Shown here piece after piece: positions 17,832 to 27,430 of a stretch of DNA of 64,000 bases; position 1 is the stretch's first letter; each line of letters opens with the position of its first letter. The position numbers and the translations under genes were made by a program. The stretch is from a virus (Duplodnaviria > Caudoviricetes): the IMG/VR virus record IMGVR_UViG_3300005670_000019. One strand, written 5' to 3'. The notes beneath the pieces were generated by a model, which ran no database searches, was not told the DNA's origin, and saw only the letters and a list, made by a program, of their open reading frames with translations.

Positions 17832-18482
17832 TCAGCCTCCGCCAACTGGCCAAGCACCAACTGCAAGTGGAGCTTGTGGGTCTTCTTGTTGTTCAACAGA
17901 AAGACTATAGTTGGTTTGAAGAATGGTCATGAGTTGTTCAGCCATCGCCTCGTTGTAGTTATTCAGGATATAAGTTCTTGCTCTATTCAAGATTGTGGTT
18001 CTTGGATCAAGAAGTTGGTCATAATTTTCGACCAATCTTGCAACTGCACCTGCAAACTTTGCAAGGTCCAATCGCGGAGTTTTCATTGCTGCTTGAGAAG
18101 GTTGAGCTTCGCCTTCGGCTGCTGGTGTGTCACCGCCGCTGCCACCGCCAAGATCAAAATCAAGACCGCCTGCGTCTGCACCAGCATCTCCGCCGACATC
18201 ATCAGCAGGTTCGTCTGGAGTTTCTTCTTCATCTGCTGGAGGTTCGGTTTGTTCATTCAAAATTCCTGCAAGTTTTTGAAGACGAGCTTTTTCAAACTTC
18301 ATTCCTTCATAAACAGATTGAGTTGGAATTGCTTCACGTTCATATCGAACAAGATATCTATCAACCTTCATATCAAGGGAGTTGTCCGCAGGGACCTGCG
18401 TTGCAAAGTCTCCTCGGCGCTGATCTTGTTGATATTGTGGAGGTGAGACTTGTTCTTTGAAAATTAGAGATTTGATGCTCAT
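17832..18482 (-). CDS. putative head-internal/scaffold-like protein
   Basis: LIFKEQ, RLQKLAGILNEQ, acidic Gly-rich linker. Confidence 0.55.
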   Translation of the reverse strand: MSIKSLIFKEQVSPPQYQQDQRRGDFATQVPADNSLDMKVDRYLVRYEREAIPTQSVYEGMKFEKARLQKLAGILNEQTEPPADEEETPDEPADDVGGDAGADAGGLDFDLGGGSGGDTPAAEGEAQPSQAAMKTPRLDLAKFAGAVARLVENYDQLLDPRTTILNRARTYILNNYNEAMAEQLMTILQTNYSLSVEQQEDPQAPLAVGAWPVGGG

Positions 18483-19444
18483 GATCTTCTTCCTGACATT
18501 GGAGGAACAACTCCAGTTGGTACACGCTCCGGTCCAACTGTTGACGCAACAGGTGGTGTTGCTGAACCCATTCTACTTTGAACTGTATCTGGCATTGATG
18601 GAGGAGTACCAGCAACATCATCAATTGGTGGAACACTTGAGTTATGATCAAGTGTGATGACCTTTGTTGGTTCGCTTGAACCAATCGGTTGAATAAGCCA
18701 CAAGTCTTTGAGGTTTGCATTTTCTGCAACGCTCATTCTAGCTTCGATTACTTGCCAGTTCAACTCTTTCATTGTTGCATTCAAGTACATGCGCTTGTCA
18801 TTCACATAATCACGATAGTAAGCATGTTCCCAAACATCCATAACAATCACAGGAATTGCTCCAAGTGGGATGTTCACATTGTGTTCATCAATCATCACAT
18901 TTTGATATGTGTTCGTATAAGGCTCATACACACAAAGTGCCCAACCATTTCTTGCTGCCATGGCACAAGCAATGAAATCGAACTGCCAGTTATCAAATGA
19001 ACCGAAATCTCTTTGAAGTCTCATGAAAGGTAATGATGCATAAGAGATTTTTGAAGTCAAATCTCCAATATTCCCGAAGTAAAGTTCATGGAGTTTTGCT
19101 CCATTGAAGTTATAAGCTTGATCACCTTTCAATGATCTCCAAGCCGAAGAAGCTGAGTTGCTGTCAAGTTTGGAAGCAGCTACAAGGTTTGAGGTGTCCT
19201 TGTTGTAGCTGTCAACGTATTGTTTGTAAAGCGTCTCGTGGGCTTCTTTTGTGCGTTGGGACTGAGCCTCGGATTTATTGATGAAGGATTTTGGAAGAAG
19301 GATGGTCGCCTGCTCCTTGAGAACAGCAGGGTCTTGCTTCTTCGTTTCTTCCTTGAGTGACTTGACATTCACTCCGGATTTTTCAAGAGCATTGCGAGCT
19401 GCCTCTCTTGATAAACTTTCAATAAATTTCTTGCTAATATTCAT
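18479..19444 (-). CDS. sod: Fe/Mn superoxide dismutase with N- and C-terminal extensions
   Basis: EAHETLYKQY, NGAKLHELYF, DFGSFD, GWA, DVWEHAYY; all four metal ligands present. Confidence 0.85.
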   Translation of the reverse strand: MNISKKFIESLSREAARNALEKSGVNVKSLKEETKKQDPAVLKEQATILLPKSFINKSEAQSQRTKEAHETLYKQYVDSYNKDTSNLVAASKLDSNSASSAWRSLKGDQAYNFNGAKLHELYFGNIGDLTSKISYASLPFMRLQRDFGSFDNWQFDFIACAMAARNGWALCVYEPYTNTYQNVMIDEHNVNIPLGAIPVIVMDVWEHAYYRDYVNDKRMYLNATMKELNWQVIEARMSVAENANLKDLWLIQPIGSSEPTKVITLDHNSSVPPIDDVAGTPPSMPDTVQSRMGSATPPVASTVGPERVPTGVVPPMSGRRS

Positions 19445-19479
19445 CGTTGTGCCTTCTTTTTAGAATGCTTCAATACGAA

Positions 19480-19486
19480 TAAATAG
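19480..19486 (-). promoter_or_regulatory. putative late promoter motif CTATTTA
   Basis: between the dnaE terminator and sod; no TTGAAA-type promoter here. Confidence 0.55.
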
Positions 19487-19516
19487 GATACTCAATCTTG
19501 TTCTATGAGATAACAC

Positions 19517-19552
19517 AAAAAAAGGAAAGCCCAAAAACTTGGGCTTTCCTTT
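19517..19552 (-). terminator. intrinsic terminator after dnaE
   Basis: AAAGGAAAGCCCAA-loop-TTGGGCTTTCCTTT. Confidence 0.9.
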
Positions 19553-19578
19553 ATAGGAGGAATAGGAAGTAAACTATT

Positions 19579-22500
19579 TCATTCTGTTTTTAGTTTACGA
19601 ACCTTTGAATAGAATGTAGACAAACCAAAGTTACTTTCATCGTATTGTCCAACAACAATGTCGTATGGTCTGATATCTTGTTTATTCTTCGAAGGATCGT
19701 AACCCCAAACAAAGACGAGTTGCTGAACTTCATCTTGTCCATAGATGCGCATCTTCATGAAGGTCTTGCCAGTTTTAGTCTTTTTGACTTCTGTTGATGA
19801 GACAATTCCCCAAACAAGGTCGTTCTTTGACGTTCTCATATTCAGAGGAAGAATAGAGTGCTCTATGAACTTATCCTTTAGTTTCTGTGGAATGATGAAG
19901 TCAATATCAACGGAACCTGCAAGTTGTTGGAAGAAACCAATCTTTTCCTGTGAAGTCCACGCAGGAATACTTTGAGCTTCCTCGATCAGTTTCACAAGGA
20001 GTTCTTCATGATTTCTATTCTTCTTTCGAGAACATGCACGCTTCAATTCATCAGCATGATCCACAACAACATAGTGGAGTGCAGCATAGTTTGGAAACTG
20101 CTTCCCAACTCCAACGATATCCATCGAGGAAAGTCCCTCAAGTTTGATAATCGTTGAAAGAGCCCGCTTATTGAACTTGGAATGCCTCCAGTTGCCTCCG
20201 CTATCCCAAAGCAAATCTTCAACAGTTTTGTAAGGACGATAACGATTTAGTTCGCTTTGAACGGCTGCTCCAAAATGTTTGATCGTATTGAATGATGGAA
20301 GGATTAGATTGTCCTTGATAATAACGATGTTTTCGCTAAGGTTGATATCCGGTCTTTCAATCTTGTATCCAAGTGCCTTCAACTCATTTTGAGCAATAAC
20401 CTTTGGGTCTTCACCTGTTGCTGTCTTTCCCTTCGATGTTGAACAGTAGTCAAGATATGAAGCACACCATTCATCAGGGTGATATGTCATGAACCATGCA
20501 CAAATGTAGGAGTTGATTGCATATGCAACAGCATGAGCTTTGTTGAATGAGTAAGCAACCAACTTTTCCATCTTGTCAAAGATTTGACCAGAAACATATT
20601 CCGAAATATCGTTTGTTTCCTTGCACTTCATGATGAAGTCATTTCGAAGAATGTTTCTCTGACGTTCAGCTTCTTCCTTGTTTGAAATATCTTTCTTTGT
20701 GAAAGCTTTTCTAATGCTGTCGGTTTCTTCCAAAGGAAGACCAGCAAGTTTGTGGTAAATCATCTGCAACTGCTCTTGGAAGATAAGCAGTCCAGAAGTT
20801 TCAGCAAACACTTCCTTCAAAAGTGGATGTTCAAACTCAACAGTCTCCGGATTTTTTCGGTTATTCAAGAATAGTTCATCAACCTTCAAAGAAAGAGGTC
20901 CCGGACGGAAAATGGAAGTTGCGATTGCAATGTCTTGAATACTCTTCGGTTTCATTTCTGCCATGAACTTTTGAGTATTCTCTTTGATGAACTGGAAAAT
21001 GCCTGCATACTTTCCGTCCCAATAGACGGTTTTGTAAACGTGCATATCATCCATTGCGTTATTGTCCGGATGAAGATTTTGGTAGAACCAACTTCTTACG
21101 TCTTTGAACGTAACGTAACGTCTTCCGTTCTTCTTTAGAATGCGACGAATTGTATCTTCAAACATTCGAAGAGTTCCGAGTCCCAAGATATCGAACTTCA
21201 AGAAACCAAAGTTCTCAAGATGACGAAAGTTCAAACCTTCAGACCATGGAGTTTGAAGACCACCTTTTGCCTTGATGATAGGCATATTGTTTTTCGTATC
21301 ATTTGAAATGATGACGCCGCCAGCATGTCTTGAAATGGTTCTCATTTGTTTGAACAGAACGTTCAAAGCCTCACGGAACTTTGGATGCGACTTCTCCATT
21401 TCTTCAATGAAACTCTTGAAAGATTTGGAATCACGTTCAGCAACTTCGAACGTAAACTCCCAAACTTGAGCATCGAAGCCTGGTTGTTGTTTTGCAACCT
21501 CCATAGCTTCTGCCTTCATCTTTGCTGTGTAGTTGTTCACAACATCGAACGGAACATCATACAAGCGGGCAAGGTCTTTGCAAAGAGAAGCTACTTGAAG
21601 CTGAGCAAAGTTTGAAACTGGAATGACGTTCTCGTCACCGAAATATGAAATGAGTGTTTTGACGGCAGCATCTCTGTCAGAGAAGTCGCTGTCGATATCA
21701 GGGAAACCTTTCTTCTTCTTGGTCAAGAACCTTTCAAAGATAAGTCCGAAACGAATTGGGTCAACTTGTGTAATCCCAATGATATATGAAAGCAAAGAGC
21801 CACCAGCAGAGCCACGAGCAGCTCCAATAAGTTGGTTTTCGCTAATCAACTCCATGATCTTCGCATATGTCAAGAAATACTTCTCGAACTTCAACTCTTT
21901 GATTACTTGAAGTTCATGCTTCAAACGATCAACATATTCATTGAAGTTTGACTTCTCTTCAAGTTTTCTGGTCTTCATTCCCTCCTTCGCAAGAGAGACA
22001 AGAGCGTTGAAAGCTTGAGTGTCCTCATCTTTACCAGATGCTTGAAGCTCATCAAGTTTATCTGCACTAACAAGCTTTTCGAGAACAGGAAGTTTTACAG
22101 TTCGGTCAGGTTCGGGATTTTCGATTTGCTCATGAGCAATCGACCAAGTACGCTCGATTGCATCACAAATCATGTCATTGTCATAGAAATCGTAAACGCC
22201 CTTACCAGTCTCCAAGTAAGAAGCCCAAACTTGTTCTGCATTCTTTGGGTATAGATGACACTCAAGTTCATCGATAGATTTTGGAATGTTGTCGGAACTA
22301 AGCTCCTGCTTGAACATCTGTTGTTTTGCCATCATTTTGTAGATGGTTCGTTCTCTCCAGTGTTCAGGACGAGCATAGTGAGCATCAACAGTTACAATAC
22401 AAGGAATCCCTGTTCGTTTACTGTTTTCGATAAGATGGAAGTTCAAAAGGTGCTGAGCTGGGATTTTGTTGAATTGAAGTTCCCAATAGAAGTTTTCTTC

Positions 22501-23238
22501 TCCAAGTGCCCATTGAAACTTTTGTCCAAGCTTCGTCAACTCTTCTTGGATTTTGTCGAAGTTGTCCATGTTTGGACCCCACTTACTAAAGTCGGGCTCA
22601 ATCTGATTGTCATAGATGATTTTTGCTGGTTCTCCACCCATACATGCAGAACTTGCAATGATGTTTCCTTTTGCATGTTCCTTGAGTCCATCGAAATCCA
22701 TACGTGGATAGAGATAGAAACCATCAATGTATGAGTTGCTCACCAAGCGAAACAAAGATTTTAGACCAGCTTGGTTCTTTGCCAAGAGCACCAAGTGAGA
22801 ACGCTTCTTTAGTGGGTCTTTGACCTTGCGCTCTTTTGTTTCCTCTTCGTTTTCAACGACAGTTCCGCCTTCCTCTTCTTCATTCTTTTCTTCCGAGGTT
22901 TCAAGGTCGTCCTGTTCCTCTTCGGCTGCCTTACGTGCTTCTTCCTTTTCGATCTTTCTCTCTTGGTACATTTTGTGCCAATCAACAAGAGAAGGAATGA
23001 AATAAGCTTCAACGCCAGGAATTGCTTTGAAGTTTACTCCTTTTTCTTTCAACTTCTTTGCATGAAGATACTGATGCGAGAAACCATTCATGTTTCCATG
23101 ATCGGTCAACGCAAGTGCATCTGCTCCATTTTCGATTGCAAAATCAATGTGGTCTTGTGGAAGACCAATAGCATCGCCAATTGAAAGGCATGAATGGCTA
23201 TGTAGTCCAACAAACTTCTTCGGTGTACGTTCTGTCAT
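19579..23238 (-). CDS. dnaE: DNA polymerase III alpha subunit (family C)
   Basis: PHP (LHSHS, TDHG, GVEAY, DAHY), RGSAGGSL, FERFL, PDIDSDF, RHAGG, KFDILGL, IFQEQ, YSFNKAHA, C-terminal OB fold. Confidence 0.97.
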   Translation of the reverse strand: MTERTPKKFVGLHSHSCLSIGDAIGLPQDHIDFAIENGADALALTDHGNMNGFSHQYLHAKKLKEKGVNFKAIPGVEAYFIPSLVDWHKMYQERKIEKEEARKAAEEEQDDLETSEEKNEEEEGGTVVENEEETKERKVKDPLKKRSHLVLLAKNQAGLKSLFRLVSNSYIDGFYLYPRMDFDGLKEHAKGNIIASSACMGGEPAKIIYDNQIEPDFSKWGPNMDNFDKIQEELTKLGQKFQWALGEENFYWELQFNKIPAQHLLNFHLIENSKRTGIPCIVTVDAHYARPEHWRERTIYKMMAKQQMFKQELSSDNIPKSIDELECHLYPKNAEQVWASYLETGKGVYDFYDNDMICDAIERTWSIAHEQIENPEPDRTVKLPVLEKLVSADKLDELQASGKDEDTQAFNALVSLAKEGMKTRKLEEKSNFNEYVDRLKHELQVIKELKFEKYFLTYAKIMELISENQLIGAARGSAGGSLLSYIIGITQVDPIRFGLIFERFLTKKKKGFPDIDSDFSDRDAAVKTLISYFGDENVIPVSNFAQLQVASLCKDLARLYDVPFDVVNNYTAKMKAEAMEVAKQQPGFDAQVWEFTFEVAERDSKSFKSFIEEMEKSHPKFREALNVLFKQMRTISRHAGGVIISNDTKNNMPIIKAKGGLQTPWSEGLNFRHLENFGFLKFDILGLGTLRMFEDTIRRILKKNGRRYVTFKDVRSWFYQNLHPDNNAMDDMHVYKTVYWDGKYAGIFQFIKENTQKFMAEMKPKSIQDIAIATSIFRPGPLSLKVDELFLNNRKNPETVEFEHPLLKEVFAETSGLLIFQEQLQMIYHKLAGLPLEETDSIRKAFTKKDISNKEEAERQRNILRNDFIMKCKETNDISEYVSGQIFDKMEKLVAYSFNKAHAVAYAINSYICAWFMTYHPDEWCASYLDYCSTSKGKTATGEDPKVIAQNELKALGYKIERPDINLSENIVIIKDNLILPSFNTIKHFGAAVQSELNRYRPYKTVEDLLWDSGGNWRHSKFNKRALSTIIKLEGLSSMDIVGVGKQFPNYAALHYVVVDHADELKRACSRKKNRNHEELLVKLIEEAQSIPAWTSQEKIGFFQQLAGSVDIDFIIPQKLKDKFIEHSILPLNMRTSKNDLVWGIVSSTEVKKTKTGKTFMKMRIYGQDEVQQLVFVWGYDPSKNKQDIRPYDIVVGQYDESNFGLSTFYSKVRKLKTE

Positions 23239-23244
23239 GTCTTC

Positions 23245-23273
23245 ATGATAGCACGAGAAACAATATCAATCAA
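23245..23273 (-). promoter_or_regulatory. early promoter of dnaE, predicted leaderless
   Basis: TTGATT-17bp(TGC)-TATCAT, 6 nt before ATG 23238. Confidence 0.8.
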
Positions 23274-23276
23274 TTG

Positions 23277-23310
23277 AAAAAGGTTGGGGATCAAACAATC
23301 CCCAACCTTT
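23277..23310 (-). terminator. intrinsic terminator
   Basis: AAAGGTTGGGGAT-loop-ATCCCCAACCTTT. Confidence 0.85.
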
Positions 23311-23327
23311 ATTTCAAAATTTATTAT

Positions 23328-24641
23328 TCAAGAATCAGACTTGATGCACAAAAGTCCATCAAATGCTTGCTTACTTGAACCACTAGTGCCCAAAGTAAAG
23401 CTCTTATTTGAAGCAGCAGTCCAGTTTCCTGTAAATGCCCAAGTATTTTGATATCCAGAAGATTGACTCCAAGAAACAACACTATTTGTCCAGTCTATTT
23501 CCATTTGTAACTTTTCACCGGCTTGCCAAGAAACATTGAAAGAAGCTTTGTGAACTCCTGTTGATGTTCTAATTGATGGAGAATAAGTTCCAAACTGGAA
23601 ATCTCTATTTCCCGGACTTACACTTGAAGTAAGTTCTAGACCATATGGATAAAAATCATAGTTTATTAGAGGCAAATCTCTGTTTGGAAGAGAGCTTGAA
23701 TATGAAGGAATACACTTTAGAGTAATTCTTGTTCCCTCAATTGCAGGAGTAAAATCTGGCTTCACAATGTCTCTTGGTTTGTTAGAAGACGATGGGAAAA
23801 CAGAAATTGTTCCAGGGTAAGCATAGCTGTCTGAATCATTCAGACATACAAGTTGTGGATGAGCCAAAACAACAGCACGGTTCACTGCTTCTTGTCCTCC
23901 CCAAGGATTTTGAACTGATCCTGTTGTTGCAACTGGATAAATGATAACTTCTCCAAGTGAGTTCAAATCTACATTTGGATTGAATCTAAACCAGAAGTAA
24001 TACCAATCGACATCATCTTCATCTCTGAAGAGATATGAACCGGAAGCAAAAGGAATGTCTCCGTCATTACAATTTGTTGCAGATTTTAGTTCAAGGTGAC
24101 CTGTTGCAGGAACAAGACCGACCTTGATATCAAAATCATCACCATTGTCATAATCAGTCAAATGAATACCAATGATACTGTCATCATTTTCCTTTTGTGC
24201 CAATATGGAAAAGGTTGCTGCACCATTGACTACTGTAGGAAATGTTGCAAGGGCTGCGCTACCTTTAATTCTGCCTCCAATACTTGTCATTTTAAGATAA
24301 GAGGCACTTGTAACAATATTTGGATAGCTAGAATTCTTCAATAATGGAGATGGATAATGCGTTTTAGTTACAGCTCCGGCGGAGGGCAAAACACTCCAAC
24401 TGAACGGTGATTTAAAATCCATGTGCGTAATACATTGATTAATGTCGCTTTCAACCAATATCCATTCTTCTCCAGTGGTTCCAGTAATTTTATCTGCTAC
24501 GTCTCTTAGTGTGTTTGGTGGAATTACATCAAATTCATATGTGATTGTTTGTCCGTTGAATGCTTTCCCTGTTCCTGTTTGGAAAACTAAAGGACATTCA
24601 TTTGTTGTTACTTTTGATTGTGTTACTTGATATGTTGGCAT
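23328..24641 (-). CDS. putative virion structural protein (beta-rich, S/T/G-rich)
   Basis: composition; late motif upstream; AGGAG before ATG 24641. Confidence 0.55.
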   Translation of the reverse strand: MPTYQVTQSKVTTNECPLVFQTGTGKAFNGQTITYEFDVIPPNTLRDVADKITGTTGEEWILVESDINQCITHMDFKSPFSWSVLPSAGAVTKTHYPSPLLKNSSYPNIVTSASYLKMTSIGGRIKGSAALATFPTVVNGAATFSILAQKENDDSIIGIHLTDYDNGDDFDIKVGLVPATGHLELKSATNCNDGDIPFASGSYLFRDEDDVDWYYFWFRFNPNVDLNSLGEVIIYPVATTGSVQNPWGGQEAVNRAVVLAHPQLVCLNDSDSYAYPGTISVFPSSSNKPRDIVKPDFTPAIEGTRITLKCIPSYSSSLPNRDLPLINYDFYPYGLELTSSVSPGNRDFQFGTYSPSIRTSTGVHKASFNVSWQAGEKLQMEIDWTNSVVSWSQSSGYQNTWAFTGNWTAASNKSFTLGTSGSSKQAFDGLLCIKSDS

Positions 24642-24650
24642 GAACTTTTC

Positions 24651-24679
24651 TCCTGACCCCAAAGGTCAGGACTAAATAG
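24651..24679 (-). promoter_or_regulatory. late motif CTATTTA followed by an RBS-sequestering hairpin
   Basis: CTATTTA-G-TCCTGACC-TTTGG-GGTCAGGA-GAAAAGTTC-ATG. Confidence 0.65.
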
Positions 24680-24680
24680 T

Positions 24681-25631
24681 TCATTTCACCATTTCATTCC
24701 ATCTTGGATCACTTTCTTTTATGAAGTCATCCTCAAGAGATTTCATGGATTTTTGTGTGATTTTCATCCATCCATGTGTTCCTCCCGCAAGAACATGGAG
24801 CCAACCAGCAAGATAGATTGTATTTTTTGTATTATCAGGAAGACGTTGTTTTGATGAACTACAAATTATTTGAACATCTCCCGCAAATCCGAGAATTTCT
24901 TTTGAAGTCTGCCAATCTGGCACTTGTTCGATGTATTGAAAGGTTACAACTTCATTGTCTTTTGTTTTCAACAATTCAATGTTGTCATGATACTTGAACT
25001 TCGAAGGCGGTCCACCATTAGTGAGATGTAGTTCTGGTTCAGTGACAATTACAACATCACCTTTTGTGATTGAATTTCTCAGTTTCGAAACTCTTCCTTC
25101 TTTTTTCTCATATAATCCCCGAGATTTTCCATTATACAAAAAGGTTGCATTCTCTTTGAAATGTTCCCAATTGTCAAGAGTACCTTGGTCGACGTCTTTT
25201 TCCCTCTTTTCAATTTTCTCAAACTTTATATCAATCTTGACAGGGATGATCTGGAAAGTTCCTGGAATATTCCACATGATAAATGTTGGTTTGAGTCTAT
25301 TGAGGTCACTTGGTGCATACCTGCTGTAAAGCATGTATCGATGCTTGTACTTTATGTTCTTTTTGATCACCAAACCAAGTTTGAAACTATTGTAATGTTT
25401 ATCTCGAATTTCCTGAGCGTGTTGACTCTGCTGAGATATAGTTTGATTACTTGCTGGTATGGTTACCTGTCTCTTCAAATTTCTTATTGAAAACACATCA
25501 GGCTTATGGTGTTCCAGAATTTGCGCAACCTCAATATCAGAACTTATCCATTTGAACTTTTGAATAACCTTTTCTAACTGCGAAGGTGTAAGTGATTCGA
25601 TGGTTTTTGTTGAGAAGTTGTAAACTAACAT
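24681..25631 (-). CDS. hypothetical protein
   Basis: 316 aa ORF. Confidence 0.75.
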   Translation of the reverse strand: MLVYNFSTKTIESLTPSQLEKVIQKFKWISSDIEVAQILEHHKPDVFSIRNLKRQVTIPASNQTISQQSQHAQEIRDKHYNSFKLGLVIKKNIKYKHRYMLYSRYAPSDLNRLKPTFIMWNIPGTFQIIPVKIDIKFEKIEKREKDVDQGTLDNWEHFKENATFLYNGKSRGLYEKKEGRVSKLRNSITKGDVVIVTEPELHLTNGGPPSKFKYHDNIELLKTKDNEVVTFQYIEQVPDWQTSKEILGFAGDVQIICSSSKQRLPDNTKNTIYLAGWLHVLAGGTHGWMKITQKSMKSLEDDFIKESDPRWNEMVK

Positions 25632-25643
25632 AATGTTAGGATA

Positions 25644-26720
25644 TCACACGGCATTTTTCTTCTCAATCACAATTACAAACTCTTTATTGTATTTCTTATC
25701 CCAATCTTCGACCGCTCCTCGTCCAATTTTTGCCATGATGTTTCGTTGATATTTCACTTCATTGAACCAAAATGTTTTGATTGAACCGTGATTGAATAGA
25801 GTTGTTCGCAGGTCTTCTTCACTCAAAATGCCTTCATTGTTATATGAAAGTAGGATGAACTTGACAGGAAGTCTTTCAATCAAAACCTTCAGAGCGTCCT
25901 TGCATTCTTTTGGTGAATACCATGGCGAAACAAACTCTTCATCATGACCATCAGCAGAAAAAATTCTATCTTTTCTTCGATTTGTTGAAAGACCAACTTC
26001 CGGTTTGTCCCAAAGAACTATGCTGTCCCAAATGTGGTAATAGGAACCGTAGTTGTGACTTGTGTATGGAGGGTCAAGATAGGCAATCGAAGCAGGAGGA
26101 TATTGGATATCCTGCGAACTTCCTCTGATGTGTTCCCCCGTTTCATTTTCTATCGAGCCTTCTAGGACCAGTTTTAGGTCATGGTCTGCCCTTTGAGCTT
26201 TCCATTCTGTGAGATAGGACTGCTGCACACCAACGGTATTATCTACCTTGTCCAAAGCGAGAATAAGGCAAGCAATCAATGCTCTCTTGTCAAGTAAGGA
26301 TATCTCAAGATCGTTATACAGTCGTTCAATTTCATTTCGAATAGCATCTGCCTTCTTGCCATTCTTAGGTTTCCAAACTCGAATGTTCCTACCATTTGAG
26401 GATTTTACATCACAATAGTTTTTTGTAATCCAATCCTCGCAAGGAGGTATTGAGTTTAGATGCTGAATCCACTTTTTCAAACATTTTGGATTTGGATGTT
26501 CAATGAACAAGGCGGAGAAGCATTGTGAAGCATAACTCAAGTCACTTGTCGTAACTTTGTAGTCTAGTTGCCTAAATGCCTGCGCAACTCTTGTTGTTCC
26601 TGTAAAAACATCAATCATCGTCTTTTCGTGAGTTGGGAGTTTTGAAACAATCTCCTCAATGAAAGGAATGATCTTTTTCTTGGAGCCCAAATATTTTATG
26701 CCGTATGTTGTTGAAGACAT
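25644..26720 (-). CDS. DNA N6-adenine methyltransferase (D12/Dam-like class)
   Basis: KYLGSKKK, DVFTGTTRVA, YLDPPY, LLSYNNEG. Confidence 0.92.
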   Translation of the reverse strand: MSSTTYGIKYLGSKKKIIPFIEEIVSKLPTHEKTMIDVFTGTTRVAQAFRQLDYKVTTSDLSYASQCFSALFIEHPNPKCLKKWIQHLNSIPPCEDWITKNYCDVKSSNGRNIRVWKPKNGKKADAIRNEIERLYNDLEISLLDKRALIACLILALDKVDNTVGVQQSYLTEWKAQRADHDLKLVLEGSIENETGEHIRGSSQDIQYPPASIAYLDPPYTSHNYGSYYHIWDSIVLWDKPEVGLSTNRRKDRIFSADGHDEEFVSPWYSPKECKDALKVLIERLPVKFILLSYNNEGILSEEDLRTTLFNHGSIKTFWFNEVKYQRNIMAKIGRGAVEDWDKKYNKEFVIVIEKKNAV

Positions 26721-26782
26721 ACGGCATAGTTTATTTATTTTGTTTGGAATGAATTGGTTGAACTATAAGTATTTTGAACTAA

Positions 26783-26801
26783 TGGAACATAACCAATTAG
26801 A
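26783..26801 (+). repeat. dispersed repeat copy 2 (19 bp core)
   Basis: TGGAACATAACCAATTAGA, intergenic upstream of the MTase. Confidence 0.85.
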
Positions 26802-26815
26802 AGACTGGTTGCAGT

Positions 26816-27430
26816 TCAACAAACTTCTGGTTTCAAACTCACTTGTGGAGGTGTTCGAGGAGGATTCCATGCACCACTTGCTATTTCTTCAGCAAGAGTC
26901 CCTTCCTCAACCAAACGAATGTTTCTATCATGAAATCTGTCTGGTCCAAATCCAATCAAAAGTTCGACTTGAGTTGTGTGTGGCTGAACCTCAATCAAAG
27001 GAGAAGACTTTCCTTGCTTCAAAAACTTTCCTCCGCCATAGGGTTGCACTTTATATTTCACAGAACCAAAATCTGGTCCTGTCCAAAGATGAACAAAGCC
27101 CCATTCAAGATGAGTGTCCAAAACGTGTTTTGTCCTCTCTTGATAAGAGAAAATTGAAAAAAATCCGTTCATCAACTGAAACTCATAAAAGGTTCCTGCG
27201 TGGCTGTAGATTTCCCAAGACCGACAATACTTGATTACTGTTTTGTCCGCAACCCAACCTTTGTCTTTTCCATTGGCTCTTACATAAGGGACCATTGTTA
27301 TCAACTCTCTTGAGTATGGTCTTCCAAAACGATACCAAGGAAGTTCAACATTGAAAGTTCTATAAGGCTTTGATGGAGGTGGTGGTGTTAGATTTGTTTC
27401 TCTATAAGGCATATCAATCTCACTACTCAA
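26816..27430 (-). CDS. hypothetical protein
   Basis: 204 aa, coupled to HD gene. Confidence 0.65.
   Translation of the reverse strand: MSSEIDMPYRETNLTPPPPSKPYRTFNVELPWYRFGRPYSRELITMVPYVRANGKDKGWVADKTVIKYCRSWEIYSHAGTFYEFQLMNGFFSIFSYQERTKHVLDTHLEWGFVHLWTGPDFGSVKYKVQPYGGGKFLKQGKSSPLIEVQPHTTQVELLIGFGPDRFHDRNIRLVEEGTLAEEIASGAWNPPRTPPQVSLKPEVC

Noticed and set aside
19579-23238. Intein or intron in dnaE
   Set aside because: Length is typical, motifs are contiguous, and no splice-junction or homing-nuclease motifs were seen; only a short acidic insert in the PHP domain
26659-27234. 191 aa plus-strand ORF
   Set aside because: Antisense to a coupled minus-strand operon; no promoter or motif
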